Shown here: in pieces, positions 52,951 through 62,455 of the stretch
How the letters are laid out: each line of letters starts with the position of its first letter
Numbering within the stretch: position 1 is the stretch's first letter
Assembly (NCBI GenBank): GCA_947626885.1
Contig: CANQTX010000002.1
Span: 44,531-108,530, forward strand
Direction: 5' to 3'
Source: an uncultured Clostridia bacterium
GTDB taxonomy: Bacteria > Bacillota > Clostridia > TANB77 > CAG-508
DNA length: 64,000 nucleotides
The notes under the pieces: model-generated
What the model saw: only the letters and a program-made list of their open reading frames with translations
Databases searched by the model: none
What the model was told of the DNA's origin: nothing
Program-made: the position numbers and the translations under genes

Positions 52951-53880
52951 CTATCCTTCTATTGCTTCATATTCTGCCTTTTTCTTATTTATAGCATATA
53001 CTTGTTTTGGCATTCCTCGTTTTTGTTCGTCTAAAAAAATAATTCTTTCAAAAATGTGCATATTCACTAAATTTTTTAAGATAGGATTTAAAGAAATATC
53101 TTCAAAACTTGATCCATGTGCGGTAAAAATTCCTTTACTACCTGAACAAACAGCATAATTAATAGCTTCTATATCTTCTTCATTTCCAATTTCATCAGCA
53201 ACAATTACTTTGGGTGCCATTGAACGAATTAGCATCTTCATACCGATCCCTTTAGGAACATTGTCTATAATATCTGTTTTTATCCCTACATCATTTTGAG
53301 GAATTCCTTTATACAATGCCCCTATTTCTCCTCTTTCATCTACTACTCCTACATTAATGGCTTTAAATTTTATCTCCTTAATACCACTTGCAATTTGTCG
53401 AATAATATCTCTTAAAACTGTTGTTTTTCCAACACCTGGTGCTGACACAATTAATGTATTATATACCGTATTTTCTTCTAAATTAATCATATGTTTCAAT
53501 ATTTTATTACTACTTCCTAAAACTTGTCTTGCTACTCTAAAATTCATACTATAGATATAGTGAATATTAATTACTTTACCATTTTCAATAACACAAGACC
53601 CCGTTATTCCCACTCTATGTCCACCTTTAACGGTTACAAATCCTTCCGATATTTGATTTTGATACGAATAAATGGAGTTTTCGCAAATAAGTTGTAAACA
53701 TCCCATAATTTCTTGAGTTTTTACAGAATACTTGATGACTTTTTCAATATCATTCAACTTTAAAATAATGGGTTTATTTACTCTAATGCGAATTTCTTCT
53801 AATGTATCCATTTTATCTAGTACTTCCTCTGCAATTTTTTTTTGAAGCTTGTCTGGAAAATAATTTAAAATACTATTCAC
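52951..53880 (-). CDS. spoIIIAA: stage III sporulation protein AA (ATPase), GTG start
   Basis: Walker A SAPGVGKTT, 309 aa; start codon GTG at 53878-53880 after AAAGGGGAAAAAA. Confidence 0.85.
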   Translation of the reverse strand: MNSILNYFPDKLQKKIAEEVLDKMDTLEEIRIRVNKPIILKLNDIEKVIKYSVKTQEIMGCLQLICENSIYSYQNQISEGFVTVKGGHRVGITGSCVIENGKVINIHYIYSMNFRVARQVLGSSNKILKHMINLEENTVYNTLIVSAPGVGKTTVLRDIIRQIASGIKEIKFKAINVGVVDERGEIGALYKGIPQNDVGIKTDIIDNVPKGIGMKMLIRSMAPKVIVADEIGNEEDIEAINYAVCSGSKGIFTAHGSSFEDISLNPILKNLVNMHIFERIIFLDEQKRGMPKQVYAINKKKAEYEAIEG

Positions 53881-53947
53881 TTTTTTCCCCTTTTCATTTG
53901 TATTTATTATTATATATGCATAAAGAAGATATTTAGAACAAAAAAAT

Positions 53948-53985
53948 AAAAAACCTGTGTTTTTATTATGAAAACATAGGTTTTT
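53948..53985 (-). terminator. terminator of the DUF600-like gene / insulator before the spoIIIA promoter
   Basis: AACCTGTGTTTT / AAAACATAGGTT inverted repeat with 7-nt loop, T-run on minus strand. Confidence 0.55.
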
Positions 53986-54003
53986 ATAGATAGCTTATCA
54001 TTT

Positions 54004-54735
54004 TTACTTTTTCCAATTTAAAATTTGATTATGAAAAGTTTCCTCTTCTTCTACAATATCTTGTTTTTTCTTTTTTCTAAATCCTATTTCTTTCTTTTCT
54101 TTAGGATTATCTTCTTTCTTAGATTGTGCTATTGCCTCGTCAATTGTTAGTGTTCTTTCAAAATCTACAATATTTTTTACCGGAAGTTTATAAACACCCT
54201 CTACATACATATCTTTTTTTCCGGGTTTATTGAATTGAATATAACGCAAATAGGTATCGATAATTTTTCTATCTTTTCTACTTAGTAATTGTTTATCCTC
54301 TTCTAAATATTGGTATCGCCATATAACATGTCTTTCATAGGAGCCAAATGGTGATTTTTTTAAGTCGTCATAATCAAATTCAATTTTGAATTGAAAATTT
54401 TCAATAGAAATACTTATATTACTCCATACTTTACGTTTTGTTCTTATAAAACATTTTCTTAAAGACTTAATTAAATTATAAACATCTGTTATTAACTGAG
54501 AATATTGTTCTTCATCAATATTAAATATATTAGGAATTTCATATCCATTTACAAATTTCCTTTTGATAATTCCTTTGGGTAAATAATAAAAATACATTTC
54601 TCCAATTGGTTTTTGATCTGGTACATCTATTACAGATGCATATAAGAAAATACTTTCCCATTTTTCTGGAATAATATAAAATAATTTCTTTTGTATTTCC
54701 AAATATAATACTTTCTCTTCTGGTAAGCTTATCAT
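54004..54735 (-). CDS. DUF600/YezG-like (EsaG-type) immunity-family protein with K/E-rich C-terminal extension
   Basis: IIPEKWESIFLYASVID...MYFYYL...YEIPNIF...KRKVWSNISISIENFQFKIEFDYDDL...VIWRYQYL follows the DUF600 pattern. Confidence 0.5.
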   Translation of the reverse strand: MISLPEEKVLYLEIQKKLFYIIPEKWESIFLYASVIDVPDQKPIGEMYFYYLPKGIIKRKFVNGYEIPNIFNIDEEQYSQLITDVYNLIKSLRKCFIRTKRKVWSNISISIENFQFKIEFDYDDLKKSPFGSYERHVIWRYQYLEEDKQLLSRKDRKIIDTYLRYIQFNKPGKKDMYVEGVYKLPVKNIVDFERTLTIDEAIAQSKKEDNPKEKKEIGFRKKKKQDIVEEEETFHNQILNWKK

Positions 54736-54751
54736 AAATTTCTCCTAAAAT

Positions 54752-56287
54752 TTATTTTTCTAATAAACTCTCTCCGGTCATTTCTTTAGGTTTTTCAATT
54801 CCCATAATGTCTAACATCGTTGGTGCTAAATCAGCCAATCTTCCTTCTTTCAGTTTTTTTATCATAGGTAATCCTACTATTGCTAGCGGTACAGGATTTG
54901 TTGTATGAGCCGTATGTGGTTCGCCTGTTTTATAATCTATCATTTGTTCAGAATTTCCATGATCTGCCGTAATTAATAAAACACCATCTTTTTCTTGAAT
55001 AGCATCCACTACCTTTTGAACACATTCATCTATTGTTTCTAAAGCTTTTTCTGTGGCATCAATATTGCCAGTATGTCCTACCATATCAGGATTAGCATAA
55101 TTTAAGATAATACAATCATATATTTCTGATTGGATGGCTTCAATTACTTTATCTGTTACTTCATAAGCACTCATTTCTGGTTTTAAATCATATGTTTCTA
55201 CTTTAGGCGAAGGAACTAAAATTCTATCTTCTCCCTTATATTGTTTTTCCTCTCCTCCATTAAAGAAAAACGTCACATGCGCATACTTCTCTGTTTCTGC
55301 AATCCTTAACTGTTTTAATCCTTTTTTGCTAATATATTCTCCAAATGTATTTTTAATTTCTTCCTTTTTAAAAGCAACTTCTACATTTGGCATTGTTTCA
55401 TCATACGGTGTCATACAAACAAAATAAGTTGATAATTTTTCTGTTTTAAAACCATCAAAATTTTTATCTACAATACTTCTTGTAATCTCCCTTGCTCTAT
55501 CTGGTCTAAAATTAAAGAAAATCACAGAATCTCCATTTTGTATTTTGGCTATTGGCTCACCATTTATATTGGTAATAACTGTTGGTTTAACAAATTCATC
55601 AAATACTTCTTTTTGATATGATTCTTCAATTGCTACAATAGCTGAATTTACTTTTTGTCCTTCACCTTTTACAATAGCATCGTATGCCTCTGAAACTCTC
55701 TCCCATCTTTTATCTCTATCCATACTATAAAATCTTCCAGATAATGTTGCAATTTGTCCAACACCCTTTTCTTTCATCTTCTCTTCTAAATCTGCAATAT
55801 AACCTTCACCAGATGCAGGTGGCGTATCTCTTCCATCTAAGAAACAATGTACATATACATCTTCAAAATCTTTTCTTTTTGCTAATTCTAATAAAGCATA
55901 TAGATGACGATTATGACTATGTACACCACCATCCGATACCAATCCCATAATATGCAATTTCGAATGATTCTTCTTGCAATTTTCTATTGCTTTTACTAAT
56001 TCTGGTACACTAAAGAAATCACCATCTTCTATTGACTTTGTAATTTTGGCTAAATCTTGGTAAACAATTCTACCAGCACCAATATTAGTATGACCTACCT
56101 CTGAATTTCCCATTTGTCCTTCAGGTAAACCTACTTCTAACCCACTTGTATGAATAATGGTATTAGGATTTTTAGTTAAGATCTCATTTAAATGTGGTAT
56201 ATTGGCTAGCTTAACAGCATTTCCCTCTGTTTGCTCATTAATTCCAAAACCATCTAATATCATTAACATCGTTAATTTCTTACTCAT
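54752..56287 (-). CDS. gpmI: 2,3-bisphosphoglycerate-independent phosphoglycerate mutase
   Basis: 511 aa, metalloenzyme-superfamily iPGM motifs. Confidence 0.95.
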   Translation of the reverse strand: MSKKLTMLMILDGFGINEQTEGNAVKLANIPHLNEILTKNPNTIIHTSGLEVGLPEGQMGNSEVGHTNIGAGRIVYQDLAKITKSIEDGDFFSVPELVKAIENCKKNHSKLHIMGLVSDGGVHSHNRHLYALLELAKRKDFEDVYVHCFLDGRDTPPASGEGYIADLEEKMKEKGVGQIATLSGRFYSMDRDKRWERVSEAYDAIVKGEGQKVNSAIVAIEESYQKEVFDEFVKPTVITNINGEPIAKIQNGDSVIFFNFRPDRAREITRSIVDKNFDGFKTEKLSTYFVCMTPYDETMPNVEVAFKKEEIKNTFGEYISKKGLKQLRIAETEKYAHVTFFFNGGEEKQYKGEDRILVPSPKVETYDLKPEMSAYEVTDKVIEAIQSEIYDCIILNYANPDMVGHTGNIDATEKALETIDECVQKVVDAIQEKDGVLLITADHGNSEQMIDYKTGEPHTAHTTNPVPLAIVGLPMIKKLKEGRLADLAPTMLDIMGIEKPKEMTGESLLEK

Positions 56288-56382
56288 TTCTTCTCCTTTA
56301 CTCTATTTTAAGTTGTCTTTTAGATTTTTTCAGTATTTATGAGATACTTTTTAAGAATCATCATAATTATAATGAAATGATT

Positions 56383-57135
56383 TTATGCATCATAATTTAC
56401 AATTTTACTAAATTCTTCTGGTTGTAGACTAGCACCACCAACAAGTCCACCATCAATATCAGAAGTTGAAAATAATTCTTTGGCATTAGAAGATTTAACA
56501 CTGCCACCATATTGTATAATTACTTCCTCTGCAACAGAATCTCCGTAAATTTTTCTGATTTCATCTCTAATAGCTTTAATAGAACTATTCGCATCTTCTG
56601 ATGTTGCTGTTTTTCCTGTTCCAATTGCCCAAATTGGTTCATAAGCAATAATTGTATGTTGTACTTGCCAATCGGATAATCCTTCTAAAGCTAAACGCGT
56701 TTGCATTCGAATGATACCTTCTGTTTTGCCAGATTCTCTCTCTTCTAAGGTTTCTCCTACGCAAACAATTGGCTTTAAATCATTTGCAAAAGCTGCTTTG
56801 ACTTTTTTATTCACAGTTTCATCTGTTTCAGAGAAATATTGTCTTCTTTCAGAATGACCAATAATAACATATTCTACGCCTATTGCTTTTAACATTTTCG
56901 GAGAAACTTCTCCTGTATAAGCACCTTTTTCTTCAAAATGCATGTTTTGTGCACCAATTTTAATATTGGTTCCTTGCGCATTCATAATACAATAAAATAA
57001 GTCTGTATACGGAACGCAAAGAATCACTTCTACTTTTGTCTCCTTTACTAGTGGTTCAAATGCTTGCATATATGCGATTGCTTCGTCAGGAAGCATATTC
57101 ATTTTCCAATTTCCTGCAATTACTTTTTTTCTCAT
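56383..57135 (-). CDS. tpiA: triose-phosphate isomerase
   Basis: AYEPIWAIGTGKTA and IQYGGSV motifs. Confidence 0.95.
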   Translation of the reverse strand: MRKKVIAGNWKMNMLPDEAIAYMQAFEPLVKETKVEVILCVPYTDLFYCIMNAQGTNIKIGAQNMHFEEKGAYTGEVSPKMLKAIGVEYVIIGHSERRQYFSETDETVNKKVKAAFANDLKPIVCVGETLEERESGKTEGIIRMQTRLALEGLSDWQVQHTIIAYEPIWAIGTGKTATSEDANSSIKAIRDEIRKIYGDSVAEEVIIQYGGSVKSSNAKELFSTSDIDGGLVGGASLQPEEFSKIVNYDA

Positions 57136-57182
57136 TTCATCAATTCCTTTCTATTTTTATTATATACTATATTTTTTTAAAA

Positions 57183-57863
57183 TCAATCATTATTTTTTTG
57201 AGAAGATAATATCTTTTCAAAAACAATCATCACAGAAAAGAAAAATATCATAAGAGATCTGTACGTAAACCAATAATGAATATGCGAATGATTGCTAGCG
57301 AAAAAGTACCATAAACATGGCATTAGGGCTAGTATCATAAATGGTATTGATTTTTTTATACCATTCATACAGTTCATTTCTTTTCTATATTTCAATAATC
57401 TAATAAAATAATATATTAGTAATCCCCCAAATATTAAAAAATAAATTTTCTTTTTATAAACTGCAAAATTGACTTTTATAGCATCAAATCGACTATATTC
57501 TGTAGTAGAAGATCTCCAAAGAATCGTTTTATAAGCATTTTCTAGTAAGTTTTCTTTTAATACTATACTTCCAATTATCCATTTAGCAACCCACATACCT
57601 ATGTATCCAAATCCCCAAATAAAACTATACTTTATAATTTTGATCATACATGGAAATATATGATTATCCTGATCATCTAATAAAAGAACAAATATCATTG
57701 GAATTCCTAACGTAATTAGTGGATATATTAGAAAATCAAAATAGCTAGTCAGCATACCTATTACTAGGAAATAATAAGGTAATAATTTCTTTTGAAAGAT
57801 ACTTTTAGCAAATAGCAACAGTATAATGACTGCTATTTTGTACATTAGTATTAGGTAGTGCAT
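57183..57863 (-). CDS. polytopic membrane protein of unknown function inside the glycolytic operon
   Basis: 226 aa, 5-6 TM; an alternative-frame N-terminal extension MNKVKNVLKFLLIFFILIIVGFLAMIITY starts at 57948. Confidence 0.45.
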   Translation of the reverse strand: MHYLILMYKIAVIILLLFAKSIFQKKLLPYYFLVIGMLTSYFDFLIYPLITLGIPMIFVLLLDDQDNHIFPCMIKIIKYSFIWGFGYIGMWVAKWIIGSIVLKENLLENAYKTILWRSSTTEYSRFDAIKVNFAVYKKKIYFLIFGGLLIYYFIRLLKYRKEMNCMNGIKKSIPFMILALMPCLWYFFASNHSHIHYWFTYRSLMIFFFSVMIVFEKILSSQKNND

Positions 57864-57987
57864 AAGTAATTATCATTGCCAAAAACCCTACAATAATAAG
57901 TATAAAAAAAATTAATAGAAATTTCAAAACATTCTTTACTTTATTCATTTTTTAATAATTTTCCTATTTTATATTGTCTTAAAATGA

Positions 57988-58713
57988 TTATCTTATAGCA
58001 GATTCTAAAGCCAATACAATCATTTTATCTAAAGATTTCTCTCTATCTGCGCTACTTACTTGTGATTTAAAATAATGAGAATCTACTACACTCAAAAGGC
58101 ATGCTGCCTTTTTATCTAATAACTTTGCATTATAAAATAAAGCAAAAGCTTCCATTTCAGCTGCTATAATTTTGATATCTTGGGGAATTCTAGCTAACAT
58201 TTTAGTAACATCTGTCATATACCAATCGAAACAATCGCTGCACACAGTTGTTCCTTTTGTATAAGAAATTGCTAATTCTTTTGCTGTTTCTTCAATTTGT
58301 TGATTTAGTCCTTTATCTGGAAAAGCCATATGCACTTTATCATTATTTAAAGTAAAAGCATAATTGCCTTCTGTGTAAGTTTGATCTACTAAAATAATAT
58401 CTAACAACTGTAACTCGGATGTATAAGCACCACAAGAACCTATTCGAATAATATTATCTACATTAAAATATTTATATAATTCATACGAATAAATTCCCAT
58501 GGAAGGCATACCCATACCACTGGCCATAATTGATATTTTTTTCCCTTTATAATATCCTGTATAAGCTTTCATTCCTCGTACATCATTTACCAATACGGCA
58601 TCTTGTAGGTATTTAACAGCAATTAGTTCTGCTCTTTTAGGATCTCCTGGCATAATAACTGTTTTTGCAAAATCTCCTATTGCAGCTTCATTATGGGGTG
58701 TTATATTTGCCAT
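57988..58713 (-). CDS. deoD: purine nucleoside phosphorylase DeoD-type
   Basis: MPGDPKRAELIA...RGMKAYTGYYKGKKISIMASGMGMPSMGIYSYEL...IIRIGSCGA, DeoD family. Confidence 0.85.
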   Translation of the reverse strand: MANITPHNEAAIGDFAKTVIMPGDPKRAELIAVKYLQDAVLVNDVRGMKAYTGYYKGKKISIMASGMGMPSMGIYSYELYKYFNVDNIIRIGSCGAYTSELQLLDIILVDQTYTEGNYAFTLNNDKVHMAFPDKGLNQQIEETAKELAISYTKGTTVCSDCFDWYMTDVTKMLARIPQDIKIIAAEMEAFALFYNAKLLDKKAACLLSVVDSHYFKSQVSSADREKSLDKMIVLALESAIR

Positions 58714-58753
58714 ACATTTCTCCCTTCTTCTTTTAGTTTATTCTATAAGCATA

Positions 58754-59938
58754 TTATTTATCCTGTAAAGCTTCAATGCCAGGTAATTTTTTACCCTCTA
58801 AAAACTCTAAAGAAGCGCCACCACCTGTTGAAATATGCGTAAATTTCTCGGCTAATCCTGCTTTTTCTACTGCTGCGGCTGAATCTCCACCACCAATAAT
58901 TTTAATAGCATCAACATCTGCCAATGCTTCAGCAATTCGATTTGTTCCTATAGCAAATTGATCAAACTCAAATAAACCTAAAGGTCCATTCCAAACAACT
59001 GTCTTAGCATTTTGTAATTCTTTACAGTATAAATCTATTGTTTCTTGACCAATATCATATCCTTCCCAATCTGTTGGAATTTCTGTATATTTTACTGTTT
59101 TACTTTCTGTATTAGGATCAAACTCTTTACCAATTTTGGTATCCACAGGTAACATAAATTTAACACCTTTCGCTTTTGCTTCTTCCATTAGCTCTTTTGC
59201 TAAATCTAGTTTATCTAATTCACATATGGAATTACCAACTTCATATCCCATTGATTTAAAGAAAGTATATGCCATTGCTCCACCAATCATTAAAACATCA
59301 ACTTTTTCTAATAATGCTTTAATAACACCAATTTTATCAGATACTTTCTTTCCTCCCAAAATAGCCATAAATGGTCTTTCAGGATTTTCCAATGCAGTTC
59401 CTAAAAAGTTTAATTCCTTTTCAATAAGAAATCCAGATACAGCTGGTAAAAATGCTGCAACACCCGTTGTAGAACTATGAGCTCTATGTGCTGTTCCAAA
59501 AGCATCATTTACATAAATTTCAGCCAATGAAGCAAATTCTTTTGATAATGCTTCATCATTTTTTTCTTCTCCAGCTTCATATCTTACATTTTCAAGAAGC
59601 ATTACTTCTCCTTCTTGTAAGTTTTCAGCTAAACGTTTCGCATCTGGTCCTACAACATCTTTGGCTAATACGACTTCTTTTCCTAATAATTTAGATAATT
59701 CTTTCGCAACAATATCTAATGAAAATTCCGGTTTTACTTCTCCCTTTGGTCTTCCCAAATGAGAACATAAGATAACTTTACAATTATTATCTAATAGATA
59801 TTGAATAGTAGGTAAGGCAGCTACAATTCTTCGATTATCTGTGATAACTCTGTTTTCATCATATGGCACATTGAAATCACATCTCACTAATACTTTTTTT
59901 CCTTTAATATCAATGTCTTTAATTGTTTTTTTATTCAT
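58754..59938 (-). CDS. pgk: phosphoglycerate kinase
   Basis: 394 aa canonical PGK. Confidence 0.95.
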   Translation of the reverse strand: MNKKTIKDIDIKGKKVLVRCDFNVPYDENRVITDNRRIVAALPTIQYLLDNNCKVILCSHLGRPKGEVKPEFSLDIVAKELSKLLGKEVVLAKDVVGPDAKRLAENLQEGEVMLLENVRYEAGEEKNDEALSKEFASLAEIYVNDAFGTAHRAHSSTTGVAAFLPAVSGFLIEKELNFLGTALENPERPFMAILGGKKVSDKIGVIKALLEKVDVLMIGGAMAYTFFKSMGYEVGNSICELDKLDLAKELMEEAKAKGVKFMLPVDTKIGKEFDPNTESKTVKYTEIPTDWEGYDIGQETIDLYCKELQNAKTVVWNGPLGLFEFDQFAIGTNRIAEALADVDAIKIIGGGDSAAAVEKAGLAEKFTHISTGGGASLEFLEGKKLPGIEALQDK

Positions 59939-59979
59939 TTCTTAACTTCCTTTCTTTCATAAGTTATGTATCTTATAAA

Positions 59980-60038
59980 GAAATCAGAATTCAGAATTTT
60001 CGAAATTTTCTCGAATGGTTTTCTGAATTCTGATTTTC
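59980..60038. promoter_or_regulatory. near-perfect 17-bp inverted repeat in gap-pgk intergenic region
   Basis: GAAATCAGAATTCAGAA (59980-59996) / TTCTGAATTCTGATTTTC (60021-60038) with 24-nt loop containing TTTTCGAAATTTTC. Confidence 0.5.
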
Positions 60039-60084
60039 TCATTTCATTATGTTTTTAATATTATTATGACATTTTGGAACAACA

Positions 60085-61101
60085 TTATCCTAATTCTGCA
60101 AAATATTTAATTGTTCTTACCATTTGACTTGTATAAGAATTTTCATTATCATACCAACTAACCACTTGCACTTGATATAATCCATCTTCTACTTTTGTAA
60201 CCATTGTTTGTGTACTATCAAATAATGATCCATAAGTAATTCCTATGATATCTGAAGAAACTAATGGTTCATCTGTATAACCATAAGATGCATTTGAAGC
60301 TGCTTTCATTGCTGCGTTAATACCGTCAACTGTTATATCATTTCCTCTTACTGTTGCAATCAAAATTGTTGTTGAACCTGTTGGTACTGGAACTCTTTGT
60401 GCAGAACCAATTAATTTTCCATTTAATTCTGGAATAACTAATCCAATTGCTTTAGCAGCTCCTGTTGAGTTTGGAACAATATTAACTGCGGCTGCTCTTG
60501 CTCTCCTTAAATCCGCTTTTCTATGAGGTCCGTCTAACACCATTTGATCACCTGTGTAAGCATGAACTGTTGTCATAATTCCAGATTGAATAGGAGCATA
60601 ATCATTTAATGCCTTTGCCATAGGAGCTAAGCAGTTTGTTGTACATGATGCAGCTGAAATAATAGTATCTTGTGGTGTTAATATATTTTCATTTACACCA
60701 TAAACAATTGTTGGTAAATCATTGCCAGCTGGTGCTGATATAACAACTTTTTTTGCTCCTGCTGTAATATGAGCTGATGCTTTTTCTTTTGTTGTATAGA
60801 ATCCTGTACATTCTAATACAACATCCACACCAATTTCCCCCCATGGTAAATTGGCAGCATCTTTTTCTGCATATATTTTAATTGTTTTTCCATCTACAGT
60901 AATAGAATCTTCTCCGGCTTTTACTGTATCTGCTTTTTCATATCTTTTTTGTGCTGAATCATATTTTAATAAATGTGCTAACATATCAGGACTTGTTAAA
61001 TCATTGATAGCAACAATTTCATATCCTTCTGCTCCAAACATTTGTCTGAAGGCAAGACGTCCTATACGTCCAAAACCATTAATCGCTACTTTTACTGACA
61101 T
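60085..61101 (-). CDS. gap: type I glyceraldehyde-3-phosphate dehydrogenase
   Basis: [19 protein letters not shown] catalytic Cys motif, 338 aa. Confidence 0.95.
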   Translation of the reverse strand: MSVKVAINGFGRIGRLAFRQMFGAEGYEIVAINDLTSPDMLAHLLKYDSAQKRYEKADTVKAGEDSITVDGKTIKIYAEKDAANLPWGEIGVDVVLECTGFYTTKEKASAHITAGAKKVVISAPAGNDLPTIVYGVNENILTPQDTIISAASCTTNCLAPMAKALNDYAPIQSGIMTTVHAYTGDQMVLDGPHRKADLRRARAAAVNIVPNSTGAAKAIGLVIPELNGKLIGSAQRVPVPTGSTTILIATVRGNDITVDGINAAMKAASNASYGYTDEPLVSSDIIGITYGSLFDSTQTMVTKVEDGLYQVQVVSWYDNENSYTSQMVRTIKYFAELG

Positions 61102-61252
61102 TTTTTCATTCCTCCACTTCTGATACTTTTTTTAATAAATGAAGTATCTTCCAAAAATTAGTCTTCCTCGACCAAGATTATTCTATACTAATTTTTATGA
61201 ATTTTCAAGTATTTTTTTAAATTAATTATTATAATTGTATCTTATAGATTTA

Positions 61253-61801
61253 TTATTTAGAATTTACTTTATAAATATCAATTTGGCAATTTTTTATTCT
61301 CACAACTTTTTCATTCTCGTCAGGTAGTCCATTAAAGTACCAGCTAGCAGAACGCAAGAAAAAACCATGAGAGCATATTAATATGGTTTCATAGTTTCCT
61401 TGATATTTTTTAATAATATCATCTAAAAAAGCAAATACTCTTTTCGTGTATGTTTGACAATCTTCTCCTCCTTCAACAGGAACATTTTTGGTATAGTAGC
61501 GAATTTCATTAAAAATATCCTCTGTATTAGGCATACCCTCGTATATTCCTAAATCTCGTTCTATGATACGTTCATCTACAATTATAGGAAGGTTTCTTTC
61601 TTCATTAATAATTTCTGCTGTTTGCTTAGCACGTATCAGTGGTGATGTTATAATTAAATCGATTGGTATATTTTTTAATTTTTCTCTTGTCTCTTTAGCT
61701 TGTTCGATTCCTTCCTCAATTAATGGAATATCCACTTGTCCTGCAGCTTTTTTTAAAGTATTCCATTCTGTTTTTCCATGTCTTACAATAATGATTTTCA
61801 C
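61253..61801 (-). CDS. histidine phosphatase family protein (phosphoglycerate-mutase-like)
   Basis: MKIIIVRHGKTEWN RHG motif. Confidence 0.8.
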   Translation of the reverse strand: MKIIIVRHGKTEWNTLKKAAGQVDIPLIEEGIEQAKETREKLKNIPIDLIITSPLIRAKQTAEIINEERNLPIIVDERIIERDLGIYEGMPNTEDIFNEIRYYTKNVPVEGGEDCQTYTKRVFAFLDDIIKKYQGNYETILICSHGFFLRSASWYFNGLPDENEKVVRIKNCQIDIYKVNSK

Positions 61802-61844
61802 TTTTTGTTTCTCCTATCGATTTTAATAATAGAGAAATCCTTTT

Positions 61845-62444
61845 TCAATTTTTTTGGATTACCTTTGAAATTGCAAGTCCATCTCCTACTTCTAAAATGT
61901 TGGTTTTTAAATTGGAATTTTCTGTTACTTGTTGAATGTATTCTCGTAAATGTCTTACGGCTGTACGTTGCTTATGCTTATGGTACTCACCCATAACATA
62001 TCCTTTATAAAGTATATTATCCGCTAAAATAATACCCTGATTTTTGATTAATCGCATACTTTCTTTTAGGAAAATAGTATATTTACTTTTAGCAGCATCA
62101 ATAAATATAATATCGTATTCTTCTGTTAATGTAGGCAAAATTTCTATTGCATTTCCTATCATAATGCGAATTTTTTTATCTACACCTATTTTTTGAATAT
62201 TTTCTATTGCCTCTTTTGCCTTTTCCTCATCAATTTCAATTGTATCTATTATACAAGTATCTGATGTAAATTTTGCAAAACAGGTAGCAGAATAGCCAAC
62301 AGCAGTTCCAATTTCTAAAATTTTATTAGGATTTGTTTCTTGTAAAATGTTTTTAATCACTTCTAAAGTATCATCCATAATAATTGGAATATGCTCTGCC
62401 AGAGCTTTCTTTTTCATTTTTATAAATTCTTCTTCGTTAAACAT
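61845..62444 (-). CDS. class I SAM-dependent O-methyltransferase (YrrM-like)
   Basis: LEIGTAVGYSA motif I, 199 aa, catechol-O-MT-like family. Confidence 0.75.
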   Translation of the reverse strand: MFNEEEFIKMKKKALAEHIPIIMDDTLEVIKNILQETNPNKILEIGTAVGYSATCFAKFTSDTCIIDTIEIDEEKAKEAIENIQKIGVDKKIRIMIGNAIEILPTLTEEYDIIFIDAAKSKYTIFLKESMRLIKNQGIILADNILYKGYVMGEYHKHKQRTAVRHLREYIQQVTENSNLKTNILEVGDGLAISKVIQKN

Positions 62445-62455
62445 TTTTATATCCT

